In this document: piece after piece, positions 11,699-23,531 of the stretch | Layout: each line of letters starts with the position of its first letter | Position numbering within the stretch: position 1 is the first letter of the stretch | Source: Pseudogymnoascus verrucosus | Lineage: Eukaryota | Reading direction: 5' to 3' (one strand) | DNA length: 64,000 bases | NCBI GenBank assembly: GCA_001662655.1 | Contig: KV460211.1 | Program-made: the position numbers and the translations under genes | The notes under the pieces: generated by a model | What the model was told of the DNA's origin: nothing | Databases searched by the model: none | The model's input: the letters and a program-made list of their open reading frames with translations, nothing else

Positions 11699-12057
11699 AT
11701 CGTAGCTTAGCAAAAGGGGTTGCGGAGGGATGGGATGTAATGATCATGGCTGGCGTTGTAGCGAATCCGCAGCGTTGTCGGCTTGCAGGAATAAAAGCTT
11801 GCTGATCAATGTTACTTCTGTCTCCTTCTATGAATTTGTGCACTGAACTGTGAACACTCCAAATTTTATGCTGCACTCCAAAAAATCCCAATGTATGGTC
11901 TATAAAATTAGCCACTACATCCACCCCGAAATGTGAAATACATATCACGTGACTACACATATTTTTTGGGTGCAAACTCAAAACACCACTAGTTTTTGAA
12001 ATCATGTTTGCTTCGTATGCATCCTCACCAAACATCCAGCCAGGTACTTGAGCAAAC

Positions 12058-13929
12058 ATGAGTACCCCGGCACAACCAACGCCTGGCGACAACTATGCTT
12101 CACCATCCCACGACTTTACAAACCACGGCCATGGTGAATTCGACCTGGATCAGGCAGCTATGCTGCAGGACATGGCAAGGAGCTCAACGGCCGGTGAGGG
12201 CGATGTCCACAATATGTACGCCTACGACCATGACGAGGGAATGAGAGGGTTTGACGGGAGTGAGAAGGAACAAGAAGGGGTTAATAGTGCTGCGACTGCA
12301 TTTCCCGATCCAGCACAACTACTCGATGGATATAATAAGGAACATACGAGGGATAGAAGGTCGAATGGAGGCTTGATAGTTAATGAAAGTGGTCGAGAGG
12401 TTACGGAGTACACAGATTATACCCAGCCATCAGCACCGCTTCATGAGCACGACGATGTCGACCCAGTCACCCTTCTCGAGGCACTTGCGAATTTTGATAC
12501 AACGCCCATGAATACGAGAGCCAACGCCCGTACAGGCTCTCAAGACGGGCAACGCCACGACCCGCAATCCCACCAATTCTCAAACGACCACTTCGCGAGC
12601 CTACTCCAAGCAGCGGAGACGGCAGGCCAGAGCCAGGATAATGACAATATACGCATGGACAGCCGGAAGAGAAACACAAAGGCACAAATAGCGAGCAGAT
12701 GGGGTGGTCCCCCTGGCTCAGCAACCCACTTCCGGCCCCCCGTCCCCCGCACTCTCGGCGAAAAGCGCAAGCAAAGCCCCAACGCCGTACAACTCCCCGA
12801 GCCAGCCCCAGCATCCGGCTTCATCAAGCCCGGCACGCGGCGCAAGAAGACCAAGGAAATTGACCCCGATCAGCTCGCCCGCGAGCACGCCATCTGGGGT
12901 TCCGCATCCGAGTCTGAAAATGACGCTGATGATGGTCGTGAATCACACCGCTCGGGGCCACAAGTCTCGACGTCTGACGCGCGCGCGGCAGGTGTCCATT
13001 CTGCTGCCGCGCTCTTCAGGAGGCCTACGCCGGCAAGCAAGAAGTACACGCGCCCGCCGATGTCGAAGCTCTTCACCTCCCTCGAGCTCACACCCGAGCA
13101 ATTCCTCTACCTCCAGGCCGCGGCGAAGACGTACATGCTTGACCCAGCGCACGGAGAGCGCGCGGGCTGCGTGGGGAACAAGGCGCGCGCCGATACGGAT
13201 TTGGTGAAGCTTAAGCTATTTGGGTGCGTGGAGGCGTTTCTCGAGGATGAGGGATGGGGTGAGAGGTGTTGGGGTCCTGATGCTGGGAGGGGGGCGCATG
13301 AGAGTAGGAGGCTTAGGTGGCCAGAAGGGAAGCATAAAATTATCACGCTTGTGACGCCGTTGATGCGGCGGATGGTGACGAATGAGCGGCAGCGGCTGTA
13401 TGCGAATGAGACGCGCAAGGCGACCGGGGGGAAGAAGGTGAGGGAGACGGGAGAAGGGGTGGATGAGCAGAGAGGGAAGGAGTTGGTGGATATTGATCCT
13501 AAGTTGGGGGATTATCACTATACCCTCGACCCGACGCTGCGGTCACCTGCTGCTGCAGCTGCTGCTTCGACGACACCGCCTGCAGCTGGGCCGGAGAAGG
13601 CGGATATGGTGTATAGAGTTGTGGTCGTGGAGAGGGGGGTGCCGGGGAGGGTATTGCACTCTACTACGTTGACACAGGAGAAGTGTCCAGTGTTTTCGAG
13701 CTTAATGCAGCATGTGAGGTCAGTTCTTGCTAAGCCGCTTAATGGGGGTGGTGAGGGGGAGAAAGGGGCGATGTATATATTACCTACGGTCAAGGCGCTT
13801 TTGCCGACGGGGTTGGTGGAAGTGGGAACGGTTGATGAGTGGGAGGAGGCGTGTAGGACGGTGGAAGGCGAGGCCTGGATGGAGGGTATCGTAAGGGTTG
13901 TTGCGGAGGTTGAGAAGGCGAGCGAGTAG
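12058..13929 (+). CDS. Conserved hypothetical protein, probably nuclear
   Basis: 623-aa intronless ORF; disordered N-half, basic NLS-like patches, globular segment RAAGVHSAAALFRRP..KKYTRPPMSKLFTSLEL..PLMRRMVTNERQR. Confidence 0.75.
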   Translation: MSTPAQPTPGDNYASPSHDFTNHGHGEFDLDQAAMLQDMARSSTAGEGDVHNMYAYDHDEGMRGFDGSEKEQEGVNSAATAFPDPAQLLDGYNKEHTRDRRSNGGLIVNESGREVTEYTDYTQPSAPLHEHDDVDPVTLLEALANFDTTPMNTRANARTGSQDGQRHDPQSHQFSNDHFASLLQAAETAGQSQDNDNIRMDSRKRNTKAQIASRWGGPPGSATHFRPPVPRTLGEKRKQSPNAVQLPEPAPASGFIKPGTRRKKTKEIDPDQLAREHAIWGSASESENDADDGRESHRSGPQVSTSDARAAGVHSAAALFRRPTPASKKYTRPPMSKLFTSLELTPEQFLYLQAAAKTYMLDPAHGERAGCVGNKARADTDLVKLKLFGCVEAFLEDEGWGERCWGPDAGRGAHESRRLRWPEGKHKIITLVTPLMRRMVTNERQRLYANETRKATGGKKVRETGEGVDEQRGKELVDIDPKLGDYHYTLDPTLRSPAAAAAASTTPPAAGPEKADMVYRVVVVERGVPGRVLHSTTLTQEKCPVFSSLMQHVRSVLAKPLNGGGEGEKGAMYILPTVKALLPTGLVEVGTVDEWEEACRTVEGEAWMEGIVRVVAEVEKASE

Positions 13930-14049
13930 AGCAAGATAATTTTTGAGCGGATCGACATGTTCGTGCAAGATGGAATGCCCATCTTGTGTCTGTTCAATGC
14001 ATGTGCTTCGTATATCTGCTTATTCTAGTGCCCATAATCTAACGTATCC

Positions 14050-16131
14050 CTATAAAAACCTATCATCCCAATATAGCCCCACATCTGACTTCTCTTCTCC
14101 CCTCCCCACCTTTCCTCCGTCATTACACTTCGCCACCACGCTCCTCAGCGTACTTCCAATACCCGCGGGACCGCTGGCCATGACTTGTATCCTCCCCCCA
14201 GACGCCGGGCTACGCTCTATGTAGTCTTGCACGACAGCGCTAAGATCGGGATGTGCACCGCCCAAGTATGTGACCGAGAACCCACGACTTTCCTCCGCCA
14301 GGGCCAAGTCCAGCACCGAGACCTCCGTCTTGGTGTTCTCATCCTTCACGTCAACCACAGCCTCTAATTTCTCACCAACCTTTGCCTCAACCACAACGAC
14401 TCCATCCTCCTCAACCTCACCCTCCATCGGACCGGCCTCCCTCGTAACAAAAACCTTCACCTCAACCCTCCCCTCTGCAGCCCTCGCCCTCAACACCCCC
14501 ATTTCTTCCTTAACCCACGCCAAATCCCTCGCCCCTCGCACAACCCACACGAGCTGCACCAACCCAGCCTTATGCTTCTCACTCCCTGCTGCTTCTATCA
14601 CAAGCGGCAGCGCGAAGGAAATTCCCGTCCCTCCCGCCACAGCGAGGAGATTCGGAGTCTCAAGTGCGACGCGCGCGCCATACGGGCCTGTGAGGATGAC
14701 AGGAGTAGTCGCGCCTTCAATTTCGCAGGCAAGTGTTGCGAGGCGCGTTGTCTCACCAGACAGGGCGCGGACAATGTAGGTGTGATGAGGTGTGGTTCCG
14801 GCGGCAGGGGAAAGAGAGGAGGGTGTGAAAGGGTGGCTTTGCCAGATGGAGAGGGCGGGGAAGCAGAGGTAGAAGTGTTGACCGGGTTTCCAGGCGGGGG
14901 AGGGGTGGGAGAAGTCGATGCGGATGACGGTGTCAGGACCGGTACCGAAGGCGCGGAGCGCGGCGGGGGCGGGGGTGAAGCCTATGGCTGGGGGGAATGT
15001 TAGATGGGAAGAGAACTGGGAAGAGGGACGGCGGGAACTTACAACCGGATTTAGTGTAGCCTATGTGGTTAAGGCCGATGCCGAGGATGCGTATGCCGAG
15101 GTCGAGAAGGACTACGATGAGGGATGCCAGCATCCAGAAGTAGAGCTTGTCCCAATGGCCCCAGCATGCGCCGATGTAGAGAGAGGCGACAATGTAATGG
15201 GATTTTTTGAAGAATTCGTAGCCGGTCCATTGGATGACGCGGCGGAGACTAAAGACGTAGAGAAAGGTAATAAAAAGCATGGCGAAGCAGCCCCATATTA
15301 TATAGGGTTGGGCGATGAATGTTCGATAGACTGACGGTTGGGGTTGGTATAATTTACCTTCCACAATGGTCCACACCAGCGTGTGCAGGAAAGACTGGAC
15401 GAATATTATTCGCCCGACCCAGCGGTGGAGGAAATTGAAATGCTGATACGAGATTCCAGTGACGACGGAGAGGATGCTTTCTCTACTAGAGAGAAGGACG
15501 CTGAGGGGTGTCAGGGCATATGCCAAAATTCCAATGCGGTCAGAGAATCCGCCCATGCCAGTCCTTGTATTGAGCAGATTTGTGCCCTTCACCGGAGTAA
15601 TATATGTTTTATAGACAATCGCGACGAGCCTAGCTGATGTTAGTATTATTAGGCGCTTGAAACAGACTGCGAAGCTACATACGAGAAGACCAGCAGATAT
15701 CCCGACATAATGGCTAAGATCAGAACTTGTATCCGTGTAACACGGCCAAAGATGGAAGCAAAAGACTCGGGAAGCAGGTACCGCTGCCTCGTTGCAGCCA
15801 CTGATCGCCATGCTCTATAATATGCGCCTCGAGGATACGCCGTTGCTTGTGTTTCCAACTCTGCTTTTGGCACACTTGCTCTACGGCTCGGATTTATCAG
15901 TCTGAGCATGGCCCAGACGGCGAGAATACCAAGAATGACTCCCCACATAATGTATGAGTACAGCATTGAGACATCGTGCATCCAATACACGTTGTCTAGA
16001 TAGTCGCAGCTGCCCGGATCGTTGACACAGGGCCTGGTCCGGCTCGGATAACCAAAATGCGGCTCTAGATATTTGGCCAGGCTCTCATCTTGAATATGGC
16101 GCTCCACCACAGCCATTGTTGCGGAGGTCAT
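14050..16131 (-). CDS. Ferric/cupric reductase (FRE family)
   Basis: Introns 15682-15630 and 15042-~14988; heme His motifs FLHRWVGR..LHT and SHY..GH; FAD motif WKPGQHFYL..SHPFT; NAD motifs AGGTGIS and SGP. Confidence 0.9.
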
Positions 16132-17456
16132 CGAGTCAAACTTGATTTGGGATATGAGAAATAATTCAAAAATGCAACAACCATGACACTATAAAAGAAA
16201 TGAGAGAAGCTATGAAGGTCCTTTCATAGCTCTAGCCCCGAAGAAATATTTAATTACTCTCTTTTGATTCGTATGATATATCATGTCGCCTCTAACCGTC
16301 TCCAGTTAACCAATGATCTTGGCCAGTTTATAGCACCAAGAAGAGCAAGATTTCCAACAAAGATGAAATACGCTTACGTCTTTTCATCAATTTGCTATCC
16401 ACTTGAATGCCAAAGAATATACTACGGCTCAAGAGTCGGCGGGTTCGAAGCCGGGATACTACTATGAAGTAGGAGCTAGTTTTCGCAGCAGGTATGTTTT
16501 GATAGATGCCAAGAGCGCGAGAGTCGGCGCTGTTGGTTGGCTCAATCTCGCTCAATCCCGCTCACCCCACCTGCGCGCCTTGCACGCCGTCCCGGTTTCA
16601 TGCGGTGAGCAGAATATCACCAGCAAGTAATCCGCTCGTATCAGACTGAATAGACATTTGAAGTAAAAACCTACAATATAGAGTAGATTTGCAATGCCGG
16701 TAGTATGGGTCGGTATGAAAAGCCCTAGACGCCACCATTCCTAGGCGGTAAGTAGTTATGCTCATCTGCCGTTCCAAGTTTAAGGAAACATGCAAACAAC
16801 ATGGCACACACATGGCCTTTCCGTTAGGCGTTCTTGATGATGCCATGCAGGCCTGCCAATCACTGGAACTCGTTCACTAAGCCGTCGGGCCGGCAGTGAA
16901 CACCCATAGTCTCATTCTAGCGATTGATGGTGAGACTCAATGGTGCATCCTTTACTCTGACGTCTAGGAATCGGACGAGGGGTGTTGGACCCCAAGACCT
17001 CTATATTAATTAGTTGCTATGATCCAGTTGATTATCCATACGAGGCTTCAAGTTGGCAGTTGATGATCGGGTATAGTTCGGAAATGTCACCGCGGCTTCC
17101 TCTTACTTATACTCGCGATAGATATATGAAGCATTTTTTAATGCCAGTGACTGACTGCGAGTCGTTGAATGACGGAAGGTCTCCTCCACTAATTGGGATT
17201 CTAATCACGTGTGTTCAGTTGTAAAATAAGACCAAACCACGTGACTTAAAGATAACGCGTGGTCACGTGCCAGGGCAATTTAGGCTGAATCTGAATCCCC
17301 TATTACCCCACCAAAGATGTACCCCACTAGAGTTCTCATGACATCAAGGAACCCCACCGGAGGCAGTCTGGAGGAATTCTAGTTCAACAAAAGCTTCGAC
17401 ACAACAGAAAAATTCATACACCCATTGAATTTTGGCATTGAAGCAGTATTCTTACC

Positions 17457-19216
17457 ATGTCGTCCTCTGGCAGCGGTCCCTTGTACCTGGGTTTCGACCT
17501 GTCCACACAGCAACTCAAGGCTGTCGTTATCACATCCGCCCTGAATGTGGCGCACGAAGCCAAGGTCGATTTTGACGCCGATCTCGCTCACCATGGCATC
17601 ACGAAAGGGGTCTTCCATCCTTCGCCAAAAGAAGTAACCGCGCCGGTCGCGATGTGGCTCGAGGCTGTTGATCTGGTTCTCAGTCGACTGCGAGAGGCCG
17701 GCGCCCCGCTGGATCGGATAAGGGGGATTAGCGGAGCAGGACAGCAGCATGGGAGTGTGTTCTGGAATAAGGCTGGGGAGGAGACATTGAGCAAATTGGA
17801 TGCGAAGAAGACATTGGTGGAGCAGCTGAAGGGTGGTTTCGCGTGCGAGACGAGCCCGAATTGGCAGGATGCGAGCACACAGAATGAGTGCGATGCTTTT
17901 GATAAGGTACTCGGTTCGGAGGAGGCGTTGGCAAAGCTTACGGGTAGCAAAGCGCATCATGTAAGGTCCCATCATTCATCCGAGAGACAATTGACTAATA
18001 GGTGTAGCGATTCACTGGCCCTCAGATCATGAAATTCAAGAAGAACAACCCGGATGTATACGAGAAGACATCGAAGATCTCCCTCGTATCTTCGTTCCTG
18101 GCATCCGTATTCCTTGGAAGCGTGGCTCCGATCGATATCAGCGATGTCTGCGGCATGAACCTCTGGAACATTGTCGAGGGAGCGTGGGAGTGGGACCTCC
18201 TCACCCTCGCAGCCGGCAGCAAGGAAGACGGCGAGATACTACGACGGAAGCTGGGCGATGTCCGATCAGACGGCGGTGGCAGCATGGGAGCTATCTCAGA
18301 CTACTACGTGCAACGATACGGCTTCAGCAAGGAGTGCCAGATCGCGCCATTCACAGGTGATAATCCAAGCACCATTCTCAGTCTGCCTCTGAGAGCGGGT
18401 GACGCCATGGTCAGTCTCGGCACTAGCACGACATTCCTCATGTCGACACCCCACTTTGTCGCCGACCCAGCCGTCCACTTCTTCAACCACCCCACAACAA
18501 GCGGCCTATACATGTTCATGCTCTGCTACAAGAACGGCGGTCTCGCCCGCGAAAAGACGCGCGACTCGCTCACCAAATCCAGCAACGGCAACACCTGGAG
18601 CACCTTCGAGAAGACCGTTCTCGAGAGCCCACCGCTCGGCAAGAACACGCCCCTCGACCCCGCAAAACTGGGCCTGTACTTCCCCCTCCCTGAGATCGTG
18701 CCAAACGTGCGCGCAGGAACGTGGCGCTTCTCGCTCGCCAATGGCGCGCTTACCGAGTCCGCTGAGGGCTGGAAGATCCCCGAAGATGATGCGCGCGCGA
18801 TCGTCGAGTCACAGGCTCTCTCGCTGCGTCTGCGGTCAAAGAACCTGGTTGTCAGCCCTGCAGCAGGGTTGCCGGCGCAGCCAAAGCGAATCTACCTTGT
18901 TGGTGGGGGCTCGCTGAGCCCGGCGATCGCAAGGGTGATGGGAGATGTACTAGGTGGTGTGGAGGGTGTCTATAAACTCGACGTTGGCGGCAATGCTTGT
19001 GCGCTCGGTGGGGCTTATAAGGCCGTTTGGGCCGTGGAGAGGAAGGGGACTGAGACGTTTGAGGAGCTGATTGGAGCGAGGTGGAATGAAAGTGAGGCGG
19101 TGGAGAAGGTGGATATTGGATACAAGCCACAGGTGTGGCAGGCATACGGCGATGTGCTGCCGGCCTTTGAGGAGGCGGAGAAGCAGGTCTTGGCGAGTGA
19201 AAAGAGGGCTGCGTGA
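17457..19216 (+). CDS. XKS1: D-xylulose kinase (FGGY family)
   Basis: [37 protein letters not shown] (intron 17961-18007), TGDNP, SLGTSTT. Confidence 0.95.
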
Positions 19217-19710
19217 GAATAATGGGTTGCATGTCACCGAATATTGAACATATAACTTCTGCATAGTTTGTCTATTTCCCTTTGGCCTTTTAAAATAGAC
19301 TATATGGCAAGACGAGCGACAAAGCAATTCACGGGCCGTATGGCGTCCGCTCGTCTCCATGTTTCGGGCATGAAAGAAGATTTACTTAGTTAACAAAGGG
19401 AATCTAACTCCGGAACTAGATAATGCGAATTGTGCTCAAACACTGTCATGGGTAAAACAAAGCCTCTTTATGTAAACAAACGAACTTATTATCGCCCAGT
19501 GTTCCACATATCCATTCCATCCCCGTGCCATTATCCAACTCATGGCTATAAAAACACGTCTCTCCACCCCCAAATCAAACCCTAGAAATCCAAGCCAGTT
19601 CGACAGTTTTTAGTCCAACAATCACATGAACATCTTGGAGACCAACACCGCAAGCACCGCGCGAGACCAACATCACGAACACTGCACGATACCGAGCAAA
19701 ACAACACAAA

Positions 19711-20244
19711 ATGCAGCACCACCACATCGACGGCTCAACTGAGTCGCTTCAGACCGCGCACAGCCCGCCCAGTTCTCCGCCACCTGATATTCTAGAGCCC
19801 GAGCTCACTACCCAGCGTCTGTCGAGTCAAACCACGCTCACAGGGTCTGACCGCCGCCGTTCCATTAGACACAGCACGCCTAGTGTTCCTCCGCGTCTGA
19901 TTAGAGAGGATGGGTTCGTCACATCTGAGCACAACCCAACTGACTCCAGCCCTAGCACGCCCATCCCTTCCAGCTCCCGTCCCCGTCCTCGCAGGCCGTC
20001 GTTGTCTGACTTCGACTACGCTGACATGTGCCTGCGTTATCATTACTGGACGCCACATGGGTACCTACCCCGGACCTATATCTCAGAAGAGCTATGCATG
20101 GCTATGCTGATCCCCGCCTCCTCATTATTCTTCCTGCTCCTATGGTATCCCGAACCAGCAACTGCTATCCCAATCTCGCTGACGGCACTGGCAATAACGC
20201 TTTGGGCAAACTACGAATACTTCATAGGCCGCCCATGTTTCTGA
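19711..20244 (+). CDS. Hypothetical small protein with C-terminal hydrophobic hairpin
   Basis: 177-aa ORF, TATAAA ~165 nt upstream, A-rich start context, two C-terminal TM-like segments. Confidence 0.5.
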   Translation: MQHHHIDGSTESLQTAHSPPSSPPPDILEPELTTQRLSSQTTLTGSDRRRSIRHSTPSVPPRLIREDGFVTSEHNPTDSSPSTPIPSSSRPRPRRPSLSDFDYADMCLRYHYWTPHGYLPRTYISEELCMAMLIPASSLFFLLLWYPEPATAIPISLTALAITLWANYEYFIGRPCF

Positions 20245-20669
20245 GCCAGCAAGGTGTAGGGAGCTGTTTTTGATACGCCTTGATGATGCTATCAAGTGGT
20301 TAATTGAGGTGGAAGCGAAGGAGGATGAGGAAGTACAGGTGAGTCTCTCCCTTCCTTTTCTTTTTGATTTGCCTTCGTTGCGGGAGGTACATGAACTTCT
20401 TTTGTTGGAGAGATGAATGGATTTCTTATGTTAATGGTCATCAAGAGCCGATATATTTCTTTCGGTCAGTCGTTACAGATCCCGATATGTGGTTATAGTT
20501 TTAGAGTCGTTAGTAGATTTCTTTCTGTCAGTCGTTACAGATCTCGATAAATGCATTTTTTTTTCACAGGATATTTTTGAGATGACTGGTGAAGTGAGTG
20601 ATTACTATCATATGTGCACACTTGAAGTACCGACATAGTTATACAATAAATCGTGTCTTCCCTTCCATT

Positions 20670-21340
20670 TCAGTCATGAGCCTCCCCCTTCTTAACCTTG
20701 ACATTAACAGCCACCAACCCCTCCTTAAACTCCGGCAAATCATCCGCCGTCTTCGCCAACCTAACCCACCTCACCGTTCCCTCCCCATCCACCGCAAAAC
20801 TCCCCGCCATTTGCCACCTATCCCCACTACTCCCCCCTACTAGCTGTCCCTCCTGCGCCACCATCCGCACACCCTTATACACTGTCCAAGGGTTTAGCAA
20901 GTGCCAGGTACTCGACCTGCCCACTCCCCATAGCGCGTATAGCTCGCGCTCTGTGTCGACAATGACCTGTACGTCCCAGGCACCGCCGACGTGGACAACC
21001 CACTCGTCTGTCGCTTCCTGGGTACAGTGAGATACGGCGACGAAGTTCGCTTCTGGGTGGCGGTTGGCGAGGTAGCGGAAGTGGCGGAAGGATTTCTCGG
21101 CGACTGGAGGGAGGTGTTAGCTTGGGTTCGCGGCGGTGTAAGAGGAGGGAAGGTGTTACAGGGACAGCCACAGTGGCGTAGGAAGGTTACGATAGTAGGT
21201 TTGGCGTTTGGGTTTGGGATAGGGAGTTGTGCTGAAGAGGGAGCTTTTGAGCCGACGGCTGGGACGGTCAGGGCGGCTTGTGGTGGTGGCTGGGTATCCG
21301 TTGTTTCCGTTGGCGGCGCTGGTTCTTGTTTCGAAGTCAT
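20670..21340 (-). CDS. AhpC/TSA-like thioredoxin-fold protein (peroxiredoxin-like 2 family)
   Basis: Intron 21159-21104 joins FLRHCGCP|FAEK; VIVDTERELYALWG; RWQMAGSFAVDGEG. Confidence 0.8.
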
Positions 21341-21727
21341 GGTTGAAACATAAATGCTGGATTGTTAGCGGTATAGAACGACGAGGGTGAATATTATAGT
21401 TTGTCCTGAGCTGGAGTTGCCCTGAGCTCGAAGTTTATTTTCGATGACGGATGCGGGGTAGTCGAGGGGATCGTTGATATCATGAGGCTTATCGGAAGGC
21501 GATAAAGCTGTCTGGCTGAGCCAACCACAACCCCACCACGGTTCGTAGCGGGGTACTTTGAGCTTAAATTAATCACTGAATAAGAGCAACCATAGAATAC
21601 AATCACGAGGTGGTCACGAGCGAAGAACATCTTTATTACCGTCAACAAGAATTATACGTCGCATCTTAGGTTGCGAAAGTCTGTAGTTGCCGGAGCAGCG
21701 CCGACGACGAATCTTGCGGGCTTGAGA

Positions 21728-23531
21728 ATGCACGAGATCCTCACGCTCCAGCTTGGTCAGCGGAGTAATTATCTTGCAACGCACTTTTGGAATACCCAAG
21801 TAGATATCAACATCCCATACCCTATGAACCAATACTAATACTGTCGCAGGAGTCCTATTTCACGTACTCAGGGGAAGAGGAGCCTGTGGTGGACCATGAT
21901 GTCCATTTCCGTCCTGGCATCGGTGCGGATGGCGCGGAGACCTTTACCCCAAGGACGGTCATATATGACTTGAAAGGCGGGTTTGGCACGTTGAGGAAGC
22001 TCAATGCACTCTACGAGCTGGATGAAGATAGAGCTGCGTCAGCGGGAGCATGGTAGGTTGTGATCGAAGCTGTCGCAGCATGGTGTTGTCATGTCAAAGC
22101 TAACCATGCCTAGGAATGGCGCACCTATAATGAGGCCACAACCAACAATAGAGCCAAGCGCATACCAGCTCAGTTTAGAAAACGGCACCACGCCTCCGCA
22201 ACTAACAAAAGAGTCAATACGCTACTGGTCAGACTTCAACCGCGTCTACTTCCACCCCAAATCCATTGTCCAACTCAACGAGTACGAGCTTGGATCCACC
22301 CTGATGCCATTCGAGAATTGGAGTGTGGGAGAGGATCTCTTCAACTCTCTGGACAAGGAGCACGACCTCTTGGACCGCGACCTACGCTCTTTCGCTGAGG
22401 AAGCCGATCACATGCAGGGTATCCAAATCATGGCCAGCGTCGACGACGCCTGGGGCGGCTTCGCAGCACGATACATGGAGCGCCTGCGCGACGAATACGG
22501 CAAGACAGCGCTATGGGTTTTCGGACTCGAAGGCAACGCAAAGCAAGGGCCAAGGGTAAGAAACCTTTCAACCCGTAGCTACACACCCTACTAACAAAAC
22601 CCCCAGAGCACCCAATTCCTCAAACTCTCCAACACAGCCCGCTCCATCGCCGAAGTCTCCTCCCAAGCCTCCCTCTACATCCCCCTCACCATCCCCTCCT
22701 CCCTCCCATCCTACACAACCCTCGACCCCTCCTCCCTCTGGCACGCCTCCGCCCTCCTCTCCACAGCCCTCGAAACAATGACGCTCCCCTCTCGCCTTCA
22801 CTCCCGCGCCGGCACGCGCGCGTCACTCGCTGATACCGGGGCGGCGCTGAATGTGAATGGGACGCAGAATATCGCTAGGCTGCAGATGTCTATTGGCGAG
22901 GATCCGGTGCCAAATGGGGAGAGTCATGATGCGACGAGAGAGACGGGGGATAGTAGGCTTGCGACGCATGGGGGAAGGTTGAGTGAGGAGGATGAGGAGG
23001 GGGGGTTGGCAGAGTTGGATATGGATTTTTTCCCGGTTGATGCGCCGGCGATGAATGGGCGTGGGAGGCGCGCGGATAGGAGGTTACATACCTTTGGGCG
23101 TGTGGAATCTAGTCGCAGCGACCAGGAGACCGGCGGCGACAACGACGGGGATGACCTCGATGGCCGTGACCGCGCGAGACGGCGTGCCGCTGGGTTGCCG
23201 ATAATGCATAAGTTCGTCTCATCATCCTTCCTTTCTTCCTCTTTCCCAGGTATGAATGATCAAACTAACACACCCCAGAACCTCAACCCCCCTCGCCTAC
23301 CCCCTTCCTACAAGCTTTCCACACATCTACAACCGCACCTCCGCCGCCCTCAGCGTACGCACCTCGCTCTCAACAGACACCCGCGTCGCAGCACGTATCA
23401 AGAGTCTCCAAACCACCGTCGGGCGAGCAATCGGCGTCGAGGAGCGAGAAGCGCTCTCTAACGCCCTGGGAGAGATGGCAGAGGGGTATGAAGAGGGGTG
23501 GAGTAGTGGGAGTGATGAGGATGAGGATTAG
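21728..23531 (+). CDS. DML1: Misato/DML1 tubulin-like mtDNA inheritance protein
   Basis: [64 protein letters not shown]; introns 21800-21849, 22053-22113, 22556-22606, 23212-23278. Confidence 0.93.

Noticed and set aside
16435..16460. GGTTCGAAGCC resembling a tRNA T-loop/B-box
   Set aside because: No 5-bp T-stem, acceptor stem or D-arm can be built; a similar hit at ~56777 also fails.
20454..20549. ~33-bp direct repeat (x2, 62-nt period)
   Set aside because: Only two copies in a 3' intergenic region of a eukaryote; a simple local duplication, not a CRISPR-like array.
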